Assembly (NCBI GenBank): GCA_963828015.1
Contig: CAWHCD010000008.1
Location: 49,730 to 113,729 of the forward strand
Source: an uncultured Actinomycetes bacterium
GTDB lineage: Bacteria > Actinomycetota > Actinomycetes > Mycobacteriales > Jatrophihabitantaceae
Direction: 5' to 3'
Length of the DNA stretch: 64,000 nt
Of this stretch, positions 46,148-57,469 are shown in pieces. The notes below the pieces were generated by a model. It was not told the origin of the DNA. It saw only the letters and a program-made list of their open reading frames with translations, and searched no databases. Position 1 is the first letter of the stretch. Each line of letters opens with the position of its first letter. A program made the translations under genes and the position numbers.

Positions 46148-46283
46148 GGTTAAAAGTAAGCCACCCAACGCTGGCTGTCCGATTTCCGGATTATTTCGTC
46201 GCGATTTCTGACCCTCGTGATCGGAACTTCATCCTCCCGCCCCGCGTTAGTAGGGGGTAAGCAACGTCTCTCAGGAGGAACGA

Positions 46284-47147
46284 GTGGCCAGCAATCCCGC
46301 GCTCACGAAGTGGCAGAGCACCGTGATGGCGCCGACCAGTCCTGCCGCACCTCCGACCGTGCCCCCGACGTCGCCGGCGGCCGGCGAACTCGAGACCCTC
46401 TACCGCCAGCCCTCCTACGGCGGGCCGACCTACCCCCCGGCCGGTGGCGGCGTGGGCTACGGCGGCGGATCGGGCGCGGCCCCGAGTCGCTATATGACCT
46501 TGGACGACGTCGTCCTGCGTTTCGGTGCGATGCTCGTCGTCTTGTTCGCGACCGGTGCCGCGGCCTGGATCCTGGTGCCCGAGAGCAATGCCCTGCCGGC
46601 GGTCTTGATCGGCGCGCTGGGTGGTTTCGCGGTCGCCATGTACATCGCGCTCACGATGCGGGCCAACGCCTTCACCTCGTTGCTGTACGCCGCACTCGAG
46701 GGCATCGTCCTCGGTGCCATCAGCCGCTCGTTCAATGCGCAGTTCTCCGGAATCGTCGTCCAGGCGATCACCGGGACCGTGATGGTGGCCGGCGGTGTGC
46801 TCATCGCCTACAAGATCGGCGCGATCCGGGTGACTCCCAAGTTCACCCGCATCACGATCGCGGCGACCTTCGGCGTGCTCGGACTGATGCTCGTGAACGC
46901 CATCGCCTACCTCTTCCACCCGGGTGGACTGGGGCTGCGCGAGGGTGGCGTGCTGGCCATCGTCCTCAGCCTGGTCTGCATCGGGGTGGCGGCGATGAAC
47001 CTGGTCCTTGACTTCGACGTGATCGAACGAGGCATCAAGCACGGCGCGGATGAAAGGTTCGCCTGGTTCGCCGGCTTCAGCCTGATGGTGACGCTGGTCT
47101 GGCTGTACCTCGAGATGCTGCGACTGCTCGGCTACCTGCGCAACTAG
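46284..47147 (+). CDS. Bax inhibitor-1/YccA family membrane protein
   Basis: 287 aa from GTG 46284 (AGGAGG 6 nt upstream). Pro-rich N-terminus then 7 TM helices, with C-terminal DFDVIERGIKHGADERFAWFAGFSLMVTLVWLYLEMLRLL. Confidence 0.8.
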   Translation: MASNPALTKWQSTVMAPTSPAAPPTVPPTSPAAGELETLYRQPSYGGPTYPPAGGGVGYGGGSGAAPSRYMTLDDVVLRFGAMLVVLFATGAAAWILVPESNALPAVLIGALGGFAVAMYIALTMRANAFTSLLYAALEGIVLGAISRSFNAQFSGIVVQAITGTVMVAGGVLIAYKIGAIRVTPKFTRITIAATFGVLGLMLVNAIAYLFHPGGLGLREGGVLAIVLSLVCIGVAAMNLVLDFDVIERGIKHGADERFAWFAGFSLMVTLVWLYLEMLRLLGYLRN

Positions 47148-47148
47148 C

Positions 47149-48171
47149 TCAGCTCAGCGGCCGGGCCTGCTCGGGGTCGGGCGCGACCGCGACCTGCGGG
47201 CGCCGACGCCGCAGCCGGGCGCGCTGCCCACGCCCGGCGACCGGCCCGCCGCTCGCTGGTACCGCCGCGACTTCGGTGCCCGGATGGGCCGCCGCGCTGG
47301 CGGCGGCCCGGGCCACCGGACGCGAGCGCCGGGTCGTGAACGCGCTGGCCGAACGGGCCTTGGTCCGCAGCCCAAGCAGCTCCAGGCAGGTCGGCAGCAG
47401 CGCGTCGGCCGCGGCGGCGTACCCGGCCGCCGACGGATGGAAGCGGTCCTCGCTGAACATCTCGCTGCGCTTGGCGAACAATGGCCCGAGCAGGTCGCCC
47501 AGCGACACCGTGACGCCACCGTGCTCGACCACGGCCACGGTTTGGGCCGCGGCCAGGTGCCGAGACAGCCGCCGCGCGACGTAGCGCAGGGGCTGCGCGA
47601 TCGGCTTTATCGTGCCCAAGTCGGGGCAGGTGCCGACGACGACGGCCACGTCACGGGCCCGCAGCGCCGCCACGACCGCGCCCAGGTCCCGCACCGAGTC
47701 GGCCGTCTTGACCCGGTGGGTGACGTCGTTGGCGCCGATCATGATCACCGCGAGGTCGACGTTCGGGCCGAGCAACTCCAGTTGGGCGGCCAGGTCGGCG
47801 GACACCGAGCCGACCACGGCCGTGCTGGTTACCCGTACCGGGCGGCGGGCCACGGTCGAGATGCTGATGGCCAGCCGGGCGCCGGGCGTGTCGAGTTCGC
47901 GACGCACTCCGTAGCCGGCGCCGGTGGAATCACCCATGACCGCCAGCTCGATCGGCGGGCGGCGCGTGCTCACGCCTTCGGCGGCCCAGGTCGTCCCGTT
48001 GATGGCCGGGCCCTGTTCGAGCGCGCGCGGGATCCGGCGGCGGGCCAGTTTGGTCTCGCCCACGATCAGACCGTAGAAGGCGGCACCGCTCAGCGCACCA
48101 GCGGCGCCAACCGTGGCTCCACCGATCGCGGCCGCGGTCGCAATCTTGCGGGCGTTGCTCGCGCGGCTCAC
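47149..48171 (-). CDS. SGNH/GDSL-family hydrolase
   Basis: 340 aa. Block I VMGDSTGAGYG, block III MIGANDV, block V DRFHPSAAGY. N-terminal signal/TM. Confidence 0.8.
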   Translation of the reverse strand: MSRASNARKIATAAAIGGATVGAAGALSGAAFYGLIVGETKLARRRIPRALEQGPAINGTTWAAEGVSTRRPPIELAVMGDSTGAGYGVRRELDTPGARLAISISTVARRPVRVTSTAVVGSVSADLAAQLELLGPNVDLAVIMIGANDVTHRVKTADSVRDLGAVVAALRARDVAVVVGTCPDLGTIKPIAQPLRYVARRLSRHLAAAQTVAVVEHGGVTVSLGDLLGPLFAKRSEMFSEDRFHPSAAGYAAAADALLPTCLELLGLRTKARSASAFTTRRSRPVARAAASAAAHPGTEVAAVPASGGPVAGRGQRARLRRRRPQVAVAPDPEQARPLS

Positions 48172-48228
48172 TTACCTGCCTCCGCCTCTTAGGGATCTGC
48201 CTTCCTCAACGAGGCTAGCCTGCGCACT

Positions 48229-49599
<1,371 letters not shown>

Positions 49600-49606
49600 C
49601 TTTCGG

Positions 49607-50599
49607 CTAGCTCACCGCGAGCACGGTCGCCGCGGCCAGTTTCTGCACCAGGCTGATGCCGCTGTCCTCGTCGCTCTGGTGCTGGGTCATGATCGCCACG
49701 GCCAGCTGCTGGCCGTTCACGGTCACCAGGCCGACGCTGTTGACTGCCCACAGACCGTCGTCGTCGTCGATCGAGAGCCAGCCGTTCTTGAGCGCGGTCG
49801 TCGTCCCGGCGTCGGCCACCGCTGAGACACCCCAGGCCTGGTCGGGGTCCACCGATCGCATCAACCCGAGGGCGTAGGCCTGCGAGGTGGCATTCAAGGC
49901 GGAGGTGCCGACCAGCTCCTTGAGCAGGGTGACCTGATCGGCTGCCGACGTGGTGGTCTCGCCCCAGTAGTCGTCGGTGCCGGCGACGGTCGAGGTCAGG
50001 CCGAAGGTCTGATTGGCCTGAGAGACCGCACCGTCGCTGCCGACGTCGTTCCACAGCCAGTCGGCCGCGTCGTTGTCGCTCTCCTCGATCATCGCGACCG
50101 CGTTGCTCTGCTCATCCGCGCTCAGCGGCGTCCCGTTCTGCTGATGCTGCAGGAGAAGCGTCTCGAGGATGTCGACCTTGACGACGCTGGCGGTCATCAT
50201 GCCGCTCGTCGCGCCCCAGCTGAAGGTTGCCTTGGTGCTCAGGTTCACCACCGAGACGGAGATGGCGCCGCTCGGCTGCCCGGCGGCCAGGGTGCTCAGC
50301 GCAGTGGTGGCGCTCGCCGTGGCCGACGCGTTCTTGGCCATCTTGGCCGCTCGGGCCGCGCTCTGGGCCTGATGGGCCGGCGTCGACGCGGCGGCCGTCG
50401 AACTGGCCGCGGCGGTTCCGGCGGTCGACGAACTCGCCGCGGCGCCCGCCGAGTCCGAGGACTGGGCCGAGGCGTCGGCGTGGTTGCTGCTCAGGCCGCG
50501 ACCGTAGTAGAGGGCCGCCCCGATCGTGGCCACGGACAACACCGCGATGCTCGCGCGACGCGCGGGCGAGATCCGTCGCCGCGTCGAGTGAGTACCCAC
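49607..50599 (-). CDS. secreted serine hydrolase, class A beta-lactamase-related
   Basis: 330 aa. N-terminal TM/signal and an Ala/Ser-rich linker. SxxK motif in MMTASVVKVDILETLL, and a KNG-type triad (LKNGW). Confidence 0.65.
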   Translation of the reverse strand: MGTHSTRRRISPARRASIAVLSVATIGAALYYGRGLSSNHADASAQSSDSAGAAASSSTAGTAAASSTAAASTPAHQAQSAARAAKMAKNASATASATTALSTLAAGQPSGAISVSVVNLSTKATFSWGATSGMMTASVVKVDILETLLLQHQQNGTPLSADEQSNAVAMIEESDNDAADWLWNDVGSDGAVSQANQTFGLTSTVAGTDDYWGETTTSAADQVTLLKELVGTSALNATSQAYALGLMRSVDPDQAWGVSAVADAGTTTALKNGWLSIDDDDGLWAVNSVGLVTVNGQQLAVAIMTQHQSDEDSGISLVQKLAAATVLAVS

Positions 50600-50671
50600 C
50601 GTTAATGCCTACCCAGGCAAACTGTGCGCAAACCATGCGTGGGCCGAGTTTCGCGCCGATACGGTAGTGAC

Positions 50672-51829
50672 ATGCGTCGCGAACCGGATCCGCCCGTGGG
50701 TTTCAACACCGCCGCGATACATGCGGGCCAGGAGCCGGATCCGCTTACCGGTTCGGTGGTGGTGCCGATCTATGCGACGTCGACGTACAAGCAGGACGGC
50801 GTCGGCGGACTGCGCGGCGGATACGAGTACAGCCGCAGCGCGAACCCCACTCGTACGGCCTTGGAGTCGGCGCTGGCCACCCTGGAGGGCGGCGCCCGCG
50901 GGCTCGCCTTCGCCAGTGGGCTGGCCGCCGAGGACACCCTCTTGCGCACGGTCTGCCGGCCCGGTGATCACGTGATCCTGCCCGGGGACGCCTACGGCGG
51001 CACATTTCGGCTCATCGCTCGCGTGTTCGCCGAGTGGGGCGTGACCTACACCCCGGTGCCGCTCGCGGACCTGGCCGCGGTGCGCGCCGCGATCCGCCCC
51101 ACCACCCGCGTCATCTGGTGCGAGACGCCCACCAACCCGATGCTGGGCATCGCCGACATTGCCGCGCTGGCCGAGATCGCCCGGTCGGCGCCGGCCCTGC
51201 TGGTGGTCGACAACACGTTCGCCTCGCCCTACCTGCAACAGCCACTGGCTCTGGGCGCCGACGTAGTGGTGCACTCAACGACGAAGTACCTCGGCGGGCA
51301 CTCCGACGTCATCGGCGGTGCCCTGGTGAGCGCCGAGACCGAGCTGGGGGAGCGTCTGGCCTTTCACCAGAACGCGATGGGCGCGATCGCCGGCCCGTTC
51401 GACTCGTGGCTGGTGCTGCGGGGCATCAAGACGCTCGGCGTGCGGATGGACCGCCATTGCGCCAACGCCGAACGCATCGTGGACTTCCTGAGTGGCCACC
51501 CCGCCGTCGCCCGGGTTCTGTATCCGGGGCGGCCCGAGCACCCCGGCCACGACATCGCCGCGCGCCAGATGCGGGCGTTCGGCGGCATGATCTCCTTTAC
51601 CTTGCGTGGGGGCGCCGATGCCGCGCTCAAGGTCTGCGAGCTGGCCCAGCTGTTCACCCTGGGCGAGTCGTTGGGTGGGGTCGAGTCGCTGATCGAGCAC
51701 CCGGCCCGCATGACGCACGCGAGCGTGAGCGGATCACCCCTCGAGGTGCCCGATGACCTGGTACGGCTCTCCGTCGGCATCGAGGACGTCGAGGATCTGA
51801 TCGCGGACCTGGCGCAGGCGCTGGCCTGA
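50672..51829 (+). CDS. metB: cystathionine gamma-synthase/gamma-lyase (Cys/Met metabolism PLP enzyme)
   Basis: 385 aa from ATG 50672. FNTAAIHAGQEPD, YSRSANPTR, and VVHSTTKYLGGHSD (PLP Lys). Confidence 0.9.
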   Translation: MRREPDPPVGFNTAAIHAGQEPDPLTGSVVVPIYATSTYKQDGVGGLRGGYEYSRSANPTRTALESALATLEGGARGLAFASGLAAEDTLLRTVCRPGDHVILPGDAYGGTFRLIARVFAEWGVTYTPVPLADLAAVRAAIRPTTRVIWCETPTNPMLGIADIAALAEIARSAPALLVVDNTFASPYLQQPLALGADVVVHSTTKYLGGHSDVIGGALVSAETELGERLAFHQNAMGAIAGPFDSWLVLRGIKTLGVRMDRHCANAERIVDFLSGHPAVARVLYPGRPEHPGHDIAARQMRAFGGMISFTLRGGADAALKVCELAQLFTLGESLGGVESLIEHPARMTHASVSGSPLEVPDDLVRLSVGIEDVEDLIADLAQALA

Positions 51830-53004
51830 TGAATTGCCGCGCCAGCGTCATCTGGGACGACGGGTATCTGGCCTACGACTTCGGCGACCATCCGCTCAAC
51901 CCCATTCGGCTCGAGCTGACTATGATGCTGGCCCGCTCGCTCGGCGTACTCGATCACGTCAACGTGCTGGCGCCCTTGCCCGCGTCCGAGCTGGAGCTGC
52001 GGCAGATCCACGGCGCGGGCTATCTCGAGGCGGTGCGGACAGCCAGTACGGACCTGTCCTTCTCCGGGTTCGGATTGGGTACGTCCGATGACCCCGTCTT
52101 CCTGGGCATGTACGACGCCTCGGCCTTGATCGCCGGCGGCTCGCAGCTGGCCGCCCGTGAGGTGTGGTCAGGAGCGGCCGAACATGCGGTGAACATCGCC
52201 GGCGGCCTGCACCATGCGATGCGCGACTACGCCTCGGGCTTCTGCGTCTTCAACGACGTCGTGCTGGCCATCCGCACCCTGCTCGACGCCGGGGCGGGGC
52301 GGGTCGCCTACGTCGATGTCGACGTGCACCACGGCGACGGGGTGCAGGCGGCCTTCTACGACGACCCGCGCGTGCTGACCATCAGCCTGCATCAGGACCC
52401 GCGGACGCTGTTTCCGGGCACCGGGGGGCCCGAGGAGACTGGCGTCGGTGCCGCCGTGGGCACGTCGATCAACGTCGCGCTGCCGCCGGGCACCGACGAC
52501 CGCGGCTGGTTGCGGGCCTTCCGGGCCGTGGTTGCTCCGGCCGTGCGGGCCTTCGCGCCCGACGTGCTGGTCACCCAGTGCGGCTGCGATACCCATCATG
52601 AAGATCCGTTGGCCAGCCTGCAGCTCTCGGTCGACGGGCAACGGGCGGCGATTGCTGAGCTGCATCGTCTGGCCCACGAGCAGGCCGGCGGACGGTGGGT
52701 GGCCTTCGGCGGTGGTGGCTACGGAGTCCTGCGCTGCGTCCCTCGCACCTGGACCCACCTGCTGGCCGAGGCCTCCGGACGCCCGGTCGAGCTCTCCCGC
52801 GCCGTGCCGGCGCAGTGGACGCGGGAGTTGCGCGAGCGCGGGGTGCGGGGCGAGCTGCCGGAGTTGATGGGGGAGGGCGCGGACTTGGCCGGGATCCACG
52901 CCTGGGCGCCGGGGAATGACAGCGGCGTTGACCACGCCATTACGGCCACCCGGCGAGCCAGCTTCCCGTTGCTCGGCCTGGATCCCGACGACCCGGACAC
53001 CTGA
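51829..53004 (+). CDS. acuC: acetoin utilization protein AcuC / histone deacetylase-family deacetylase
   Basis: 391 aa. GGLHHAMRDYASGFCVFND, DVDVHHGDGVQ and GGGGY motifs. The ATG overlaps the metB stop (ATGA-type). Confidence 0.85.
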   Translation: MNCRASVIWDDGYLAYDFGDHPLNPIRLELTMMLARSLGVLDHVNVLAPLPASELELRQIHGAGYLEAVRTASTDLSFSGFGLGTSDDPVFLGMYDASALIAGGSQLAAREVWSGAAEHAVNIAGGLHHAMRDYASGFCVFNDVVLAIRTLLDAGAGRVAYVDVDVHHGDGVQAAFYDDPRVLTISLHQDPRTLFPGTGGPEETGVGAAVGTSINVALPPGTDDRGWLRAFRAVVAPAVRAFAPDVLVTQCGCDTHHEDPLASLQLSVDGQRAAIAELHRLAHEQAGGRWVAFGGGGYGVLRCVPRTWTHLLAEASGRPVELSRAVPAQWTRELRERGVRGELPELMGEGADLAGIHAWAPGNDSGVDHAITATRRASFPLLGLDPDDPDT

Positions 53005-53029
53005 GCCGGCCCGCGCCGAACCGCGGGGT

Positions 53030-54982
53030 TCAGCTGGCGCGGCGGGAGCGACCGGTGCGGCGGTTCAGGTAGTCGGCCACCACGAACTGGCCCAGGGCCC
53101 CGCGCTTGGGCGTGAACATCCGCCCGCCGTTGCGCCGGGTGAGCTCCTGCATGAACCGAACCAGTCGGGGCTCGTCGTCGAGCATGAAGACGTTGATCGT
53201 CGCGCCCTGGCGGGTGCAGCGTTCGACCTCGGCCAAGGTGGCGGCCAAGGTCTCCGGGGACGGCGGCCAGGCGAAGTCGGCGATGCCGTCGCGGGCCAGG
53301 TGCGCGGTCGGTTCACCGTCGGTGATGACCAGGATCACCGGCTCGCAGTTGCGGTACTTCTGCAGGTGTCGGCGCGCCAGCATCAGCCCGTGCTGCAGGT
53401 TGGTGCCCTGCACGCGCGTCCAGCTGTGCTCGATCAGCTCGCGCGGCTCGACGACCTGGGCGTAGTCGCTGAACCCGATGATCTGAATGTGGTCCTGCGG
53501 GTACTTGCTGGTGACCAGCGCGTGCAGGGCCATCGCGGTCGTCTTGGCCTCGCCCCACGTGCCGCGCAGCTCCATCGAGTAGGACATGTCCACGAGAAGG
53601 GCGATCGCGGCCGAGCTGCGACGCTCGGTCTCGGTCACTTCGAAGTCATCCGGACGTAGTCGCACCGGGCCGGGTCCGTTGCGCAGCACCGAGTTGCGAA
53701 TCGACCGCACCACGTCCAGTGGCTGCTCGTCGCCGAACTCCCACGCCCGGCTGGCTCCGGTGATCTCCCCGGCCGCGCCGGCGTTGCGCACGTCGTGCCC
53801 GCCGCGTCCCTTGGCCGCCAGCTGCGCGAACACCCGGCGCAACGCGGTGCCACCGAGCCGGCGCAAGGCGCGTGGGGTCAGTTGCAGCCCGTCGCCGCCC
53901 TTCTCGAGGAAGCCCTGCCGCTGCAGCTCGCGCTCGATCTGGCGCAACCGATTGAGGTCGTCGACCGCGGGCTGGCCCAGTGCGCGTTGGACGAGTTCCT
54001 CGTCGATGTCGTCCAGACTGGCGCCCGGATAGTCCTGCAGGGCCAGCTCGGCCAGCTCGTCGAGATCGCCCAGCTCGGCCAGGGCTCCCGTCGCGTCCGC
54101 GTAGCCGGATGGCTCCTCGCCCTGCATCCGTTCGCGCCCGCGCCAGTTCAGTTCGGGCCGGGCCGAGCGCAGGTTCTGCTGTAGCCGGGCCATCTCATCG
54201 GCCAGGTCGGCGTCCTGCATGGCCTGCTGCATGAGGTCGGCCAGTTCGGCCCGCTGCTCAGGTGTCAGGGAGTTCATCAGCCGTTGGGCGGCGGCTGCCT
54301 GCCGGGCCAGGGCGTCGACGAGTTCGGCCAGGTTGGCCGGGTTCTCGGGGAACATGTCCCCGTACTGCTGCATGAAGTTCGCGAAGTCCTCATCGGTGTG
54401 CTCGCCGCGGGCATCGGCGTCGAGCATGTCGTTGAGCGCGCGCATCATGTCGCGCACGCGTTTGAGCTGCTCGGGGTCGGGATTCTGCAGCGCGTTGCGC
54501 ATGCCGTTGAACTGCGCGTCCAGCACCTCTTCGCGCAGCAGCTGCTTGATCTGCTCATAGGTCGCGCGCGCCTCGTCGGAACGCCAGTCGTAGTCGGCCA
54601 GTTCCTGCACGGCCCGTGCGGTGTCGCGCGGCAGGGCGTCGAGTTCGGCCTCGGCCAGGCGGGCCGAGTCGTCCGGATCGGGGAACAGCGCGGCCCGCTC
54701 GGTCTCGAGGGCCTGCTCGAGCAGTTCGCGGGTCTGGTCCAGAACGCGGTCGACGCTGTTCTCCCGGCGCAGTCGATTGGCCCGTTCGCGGGCCTTGCGG
54801 CGCAGCGCCTCGAGTCCGTCGCGACCGTCGGTGCCCTGGCGCAGCAGCCGGTTCAGCGCCGTGCGCGGGTCATCGCCGTTCAGGACGTCATCGCCGATCT
54901 CGTCGAGTGCCCGCCGGATGTCGTACGGCGCTTCGAGTGGGTCGGCGCCCCCGTGCCAGGCCCCGAATCGGTTGAGGGCCAC
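53030..54982 (-). CDS. vWA domain-containing protein (ChlD/MoxR-partner type)
   Basis: About 650 aa from GTG 54982, 2 nt after the upstream stop. A long acidic alpha-helical N-region and a C-terminal vWA domain with MIDAS (LLVDMSYSM...ITDGEPT). The track ORF extension to 56146 overlaps the ATPase gene and is rejected. Confidence 0.8.
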   Translation of the reverse strand: MALNRFGAWHGGADPLEAPYDIRRALDEIGDDVLNGDDPRTALNRLLRQGTDGRDGLEALRRKARERANRLRRENSVDRVLDQTRELLEQALETERAALFPDPDDSARLAEAELDALPRDTARAVQELADYDWRSDEARATYEQIKQLLREEVLDAQFNGMRNALQNPDPEQLKRVRDMMRALNDMLDADARGEHTDEDFANFMQQYGDMFPENPANLAELVDALARQAAAAQRLMNSLTPEQRAELADLMQQAMQDADLADEMARLQQNLRSARPELNWRGRERMQGEEPSGYADATGALAELGDLDELAELALQDYPGASLDDIDEELVQRALGQPAVDDLNRLRQIERELQRQGFLEKGGDGLQLTPRALRRLGGTALRRVFAQLAAKGRGGHDVRNAGAAGEITGASRAWEFGDEQPLDVVRSIRNSVLRNGPGPVRLRPDDFEVTETERRSSAAIALLVDMSYSMELRGTWGEAKTTAMALHALVTSKYPQDHIQIIGFSDYAQVVEPRELIEHSWTRVQGTNLQHGLMLARRHLQKYRNCEPVILVITDGEPTAHLARDGIADFAWPPSPETLAATLAEVERCTRQGATINVFMLDDEPRLVRFMQELTRRNGGRMFTPKRGALGQFVVADYLNRRTGRSRRAS

Positions 54983-54984
54983 GA

Positions 54985-56415
54985 TCAGGCTCCGTAGACG
55001 GTGCGCGAGCCGTCGCTGTCCTTGGCCAGTCGCTTGTTCAGATACAGGCCCTCGAGCGCGAACTCGACCGCGGCGGCGGCGATACCGACTGCCGCCGGGC
55101 CCTCGCCGAGGCCGTCGGGTTCGAGCCGTTCGAGCAGAGTCGAGAGCCCCGGGACGGTCCCGAGCTGTTCGAGCAGGGCATCGGCGGAGACGGTGTCGCC
55201 GGTGGAGACGGTGAGCCCCTCGTCGAACTTGGCCTGCAATGGGCGCAGGTCCAGCCCGGCCAACCGGGCCCGGTAGGTCTCGGCGATCGAGCGGCGCAGC
55301 AGGTGTTCGAGCACCTCGAACTCGCGGCCCTCGTCGGCGTCGTCGAACTCGACCTTCCCGCGCGAGGCCGGAATGATCGAGGGCAGGTCCGAAACCCGCG
55401 CGACGGCCGCGGGCTCGCCCTCGATCGCGGCCCGCCGCACGGCGGAGGCGGCGACGGTCTCGACCGCGGCGATCGCGAAGCGGGCCGAGACGCCCGAGCG
55501 CTGATCGACCTGCGGCGCGTCGCGCACCGAGCGGGCGAAGCGGGCGATGACCTCGAGGATGTGCTGCGGGATCACCGGGGCACCGTGCTCGGCGTCGTCC
55601 CACACCACCGCGGCCTCCTGGGCGACCAGGACCAGCTCGTCGTGCAGTTGCAGCGGGTAGTGCGTGCGCACCTCGGCCCCGAACCGGTCCTTGAGCGGGG
55701 TGATGATCCGCCCGCGGTTGGTGTAGTCCTCGGGGTTGGCGCTGGCGACGAGTAGCAGATCCAGCGGCAGCCGCAGCTGGTAGCCGCGGACCTGGATGTC
55801 GCGCTCCTCCAGCACGTTCAGCAGCGCCACCTGGATGCGTTCGGCCAGGTCGGGCAGCTCGTTGACGGCGAAGATGCCGCGGTTGGTGCGCGGCACCAGG
55901 CCGAAGTGGACGGTCTCGGGATCGCCCAGCGTGCGGCCCTCGGCGATCTTGATCGGGTCGACGTCGCCGATCAGGTCGCCCACCGAGGTGTCCGGAGTGG
56001 CCAGCTTCTCGCCGTAGCGCTCGCTGCGGTGCTTCCAGTCCACCGGAAGGCCATCGCCCAGCTCGTCGATCAAGCGGGCCGAGGCGGCGGTGATCGGGGC
56101 CAGCGGGTGCTCGTTGAGCTCGGAGCCGGCGATGACCGGCGTCCACTCATCGAGCAGCCCGACCAGGGTGCGGATCAGGCGGGTCTTGCCCTGGCCGCGC
56201 TCGCCCAGGAGCACGATGTCGTGCCCGGCCAGCAGCGCACGCTCGATCTCGGGCACCACGGTGTCCTGGAAGCCCACGATGCCCGGCAGCGACGGCTCAC
56301 CGGCGGCCAGCCGCTTGAGCAGGTTGGCCCGAATCTCGGCCTTCACGCTTCGGTAGGGGTGGCCCTCGGCACGCAGGGCGCCGAGTGTGGTGGGGGCGGG
56401 GCGCGTAGAAGTCAC
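54985..56415 (-). CDS. AAA+ ATPase, Mg-chelatase ChlI/MoxR-like
   Basis: About 476 aa from GTG 56415. Walker A LLGERGQGKT, Walker B GIFAVNELPDL, sensor LLVASANPED. Immediately upstream of its vWA partner. Confidence 0.8.
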   Translation of the reverse strand: MTSTRPAPTTLGALRAEGHPYRSVKAEIRANLLKRLAAGEPSLPGIVGFQDTVVPEIERALLAGHDIVLLGERGQGKTRLIRTLVGLLDEWTPVIAGSELNEHPLAPITAASARLIDELGDGLPVDWKHRSERYGEKLATPDTSVGDLIGDVDPIKIAEGRTLGDPETVHFGLVPRTNRGIFAVNELPDLAERIQVALLNVLEERDIQVRGYQLRLPLDLLLVASANPEDYTNRGRIITPLKDRFGAEVRTHYPLQLHDELVLVAQEAAVVWDDAEHGAPVIPQHILEVIARFARSVRDAPQVDQRSGVSARFAIAAVETVAASAVRRAAIEGEPAAVARVSDLPSIIPASRGKVEFDDADEGREFEVLEHLLRRSIAETYRARLAGLDLRPLQAKFDEGLTVSTGDTVSADALLEQLGTVPGLSTLLERLEPDGLGEGPAAVGIAAAAVEFALEGLYLNKRLAKDSDGSRTVYGA

Positions 56416-56491
56416 CCGTTCGACGCTACGTCCTGACGGCGTCGGCTGCCACCGTCTCGCTACGCGCGAAATCCTGTCGGACTCCCCGGAT

Positions 56492-57469
56492 ATGGTCGGT
56501 GGCGTGCCGAATGCCGTCGTCGTCGAATCCCTGGTCAAGACGTTCGGGACTACCAAGGCCCTGGACGGGCTGAGTTTCGAGGTACCCCAAGGGGCGGTGC
56601 TGGGCCTGCTCGGCCCCAACGGCGCCGGCAAAACGACGGTTGTGCGGGTGTTGTCGACCCTGCTGCAGGCCGACTCCGGGCGGGCCTTCGTGGCCGGAAT
56701 CGACGTCGCTCGACACCCCGGCCAGGTGCGAGCCCGGATCGGGCTCACCGGCCAGTTCGCCGCGGTGGATGACTACCTGACCGGTCGCGAGAACTTGATC
56801 CTGTTCGGTCGCCTCTACCACCTCGGCCGGGGCGAGGCCCAGCGTCGGGCCGACGAGCTGCTCGAACGCTTCGACCTCACGGCCGCGGCGGGACGCATCG
56901 CCAAGACCTACTCCGGCGGCATGCGCCGGCGCCTGGACATCGCCTCGTCCCTGATCGCCCGTCCCGACGTGATGTTCCTCGACGAACCGACCACCGGGCT
57001 CGATCCGCGCAGTCGCCTCGGCATGTGGTCGGTGATCGAGGACCTGGTTCGCGACGGCACCACGATCCTGCTGACCACCCAGTATCTCGAGGAGGCTGAC
57101 CAGCTGGCCTCCTCGATCGCGGTCATCGACGCCGGCCGGGTCATCGCCGAGGGCACCGCCGATGAGCTCAAGGCCCAGGTCGGCGGCGCCCACATCGAGT
57201 TGATCGTTGACTCCGAGACGCAGCTGAGCGCCGCGGCCGACGTGCTGGGCCGTATCGGCGAGGGGGCGGTGGCCGTGGATCGCGCTGATCGGCGGGTGGC
57301 CGTTCCCGTGGCCGGCGGGGCGAGCATGCTGGCCGAAGTAGTGCGCGACCTCGACGCCGTGGGCGTGGGCATCACCGACCTGGCCGTGCGCCGACCAACG
57401 CTGGACGACGTCTTCCTCAAACTCACCGGTCACGTCGCCGAGGAGAAGGCCGAGGTGGAGGCGTCATGA
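56492..57469 (+). CDS. ABC transporter ATP-binding protein (DrrA-like)
   Basis: About 325 aa. GLLGPNGAGKTT, YSGGMRRRLD and MFLDEPTTGLD. The start is ATG 56492 or GTG 56504. Confidence 0.9.
   Translation: MVGGVPNAVVVESLVKTFGTTKALDGLSFEVPQGAVLGLLGPNGAGKTTVVRVLSTLLQADSGRAFVAGIDVARHPGQVRARIGLTGQFAAVDDYLTGRENLILFGRLYHLGRGEAQRRADELLERFDLTAAAGRIAKTYSGGMRRRLDIASSLIARPDVMFLDEPTTGLDPRSRLGMWSVIEDLVRDGTTILLTTQYLEEADQLASSIAVIDAGRVIAEGTADELKAQVGGAHIELIVDSETQLSAAADVLGRIGEGAVAVDRADRRVAVPVAGGASMLAEVVRDLDAVGVGITDLAVRRPTLDDVFLKLTGHVAEEKAEVEAS

Noticed and set aside
54983-56146. N-terminal 388 aa of the 1,038-aa track ORF 53030..56146, and likewise the N-terminal 111 aa of ORF 54985..56748
   Set aside because: These extensions overlap the neighbouring genes in other frames and are Arg/Pro/Gly-rich. 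Conserved sequence begins at GTG 54982 and GTG 56415 respectively.
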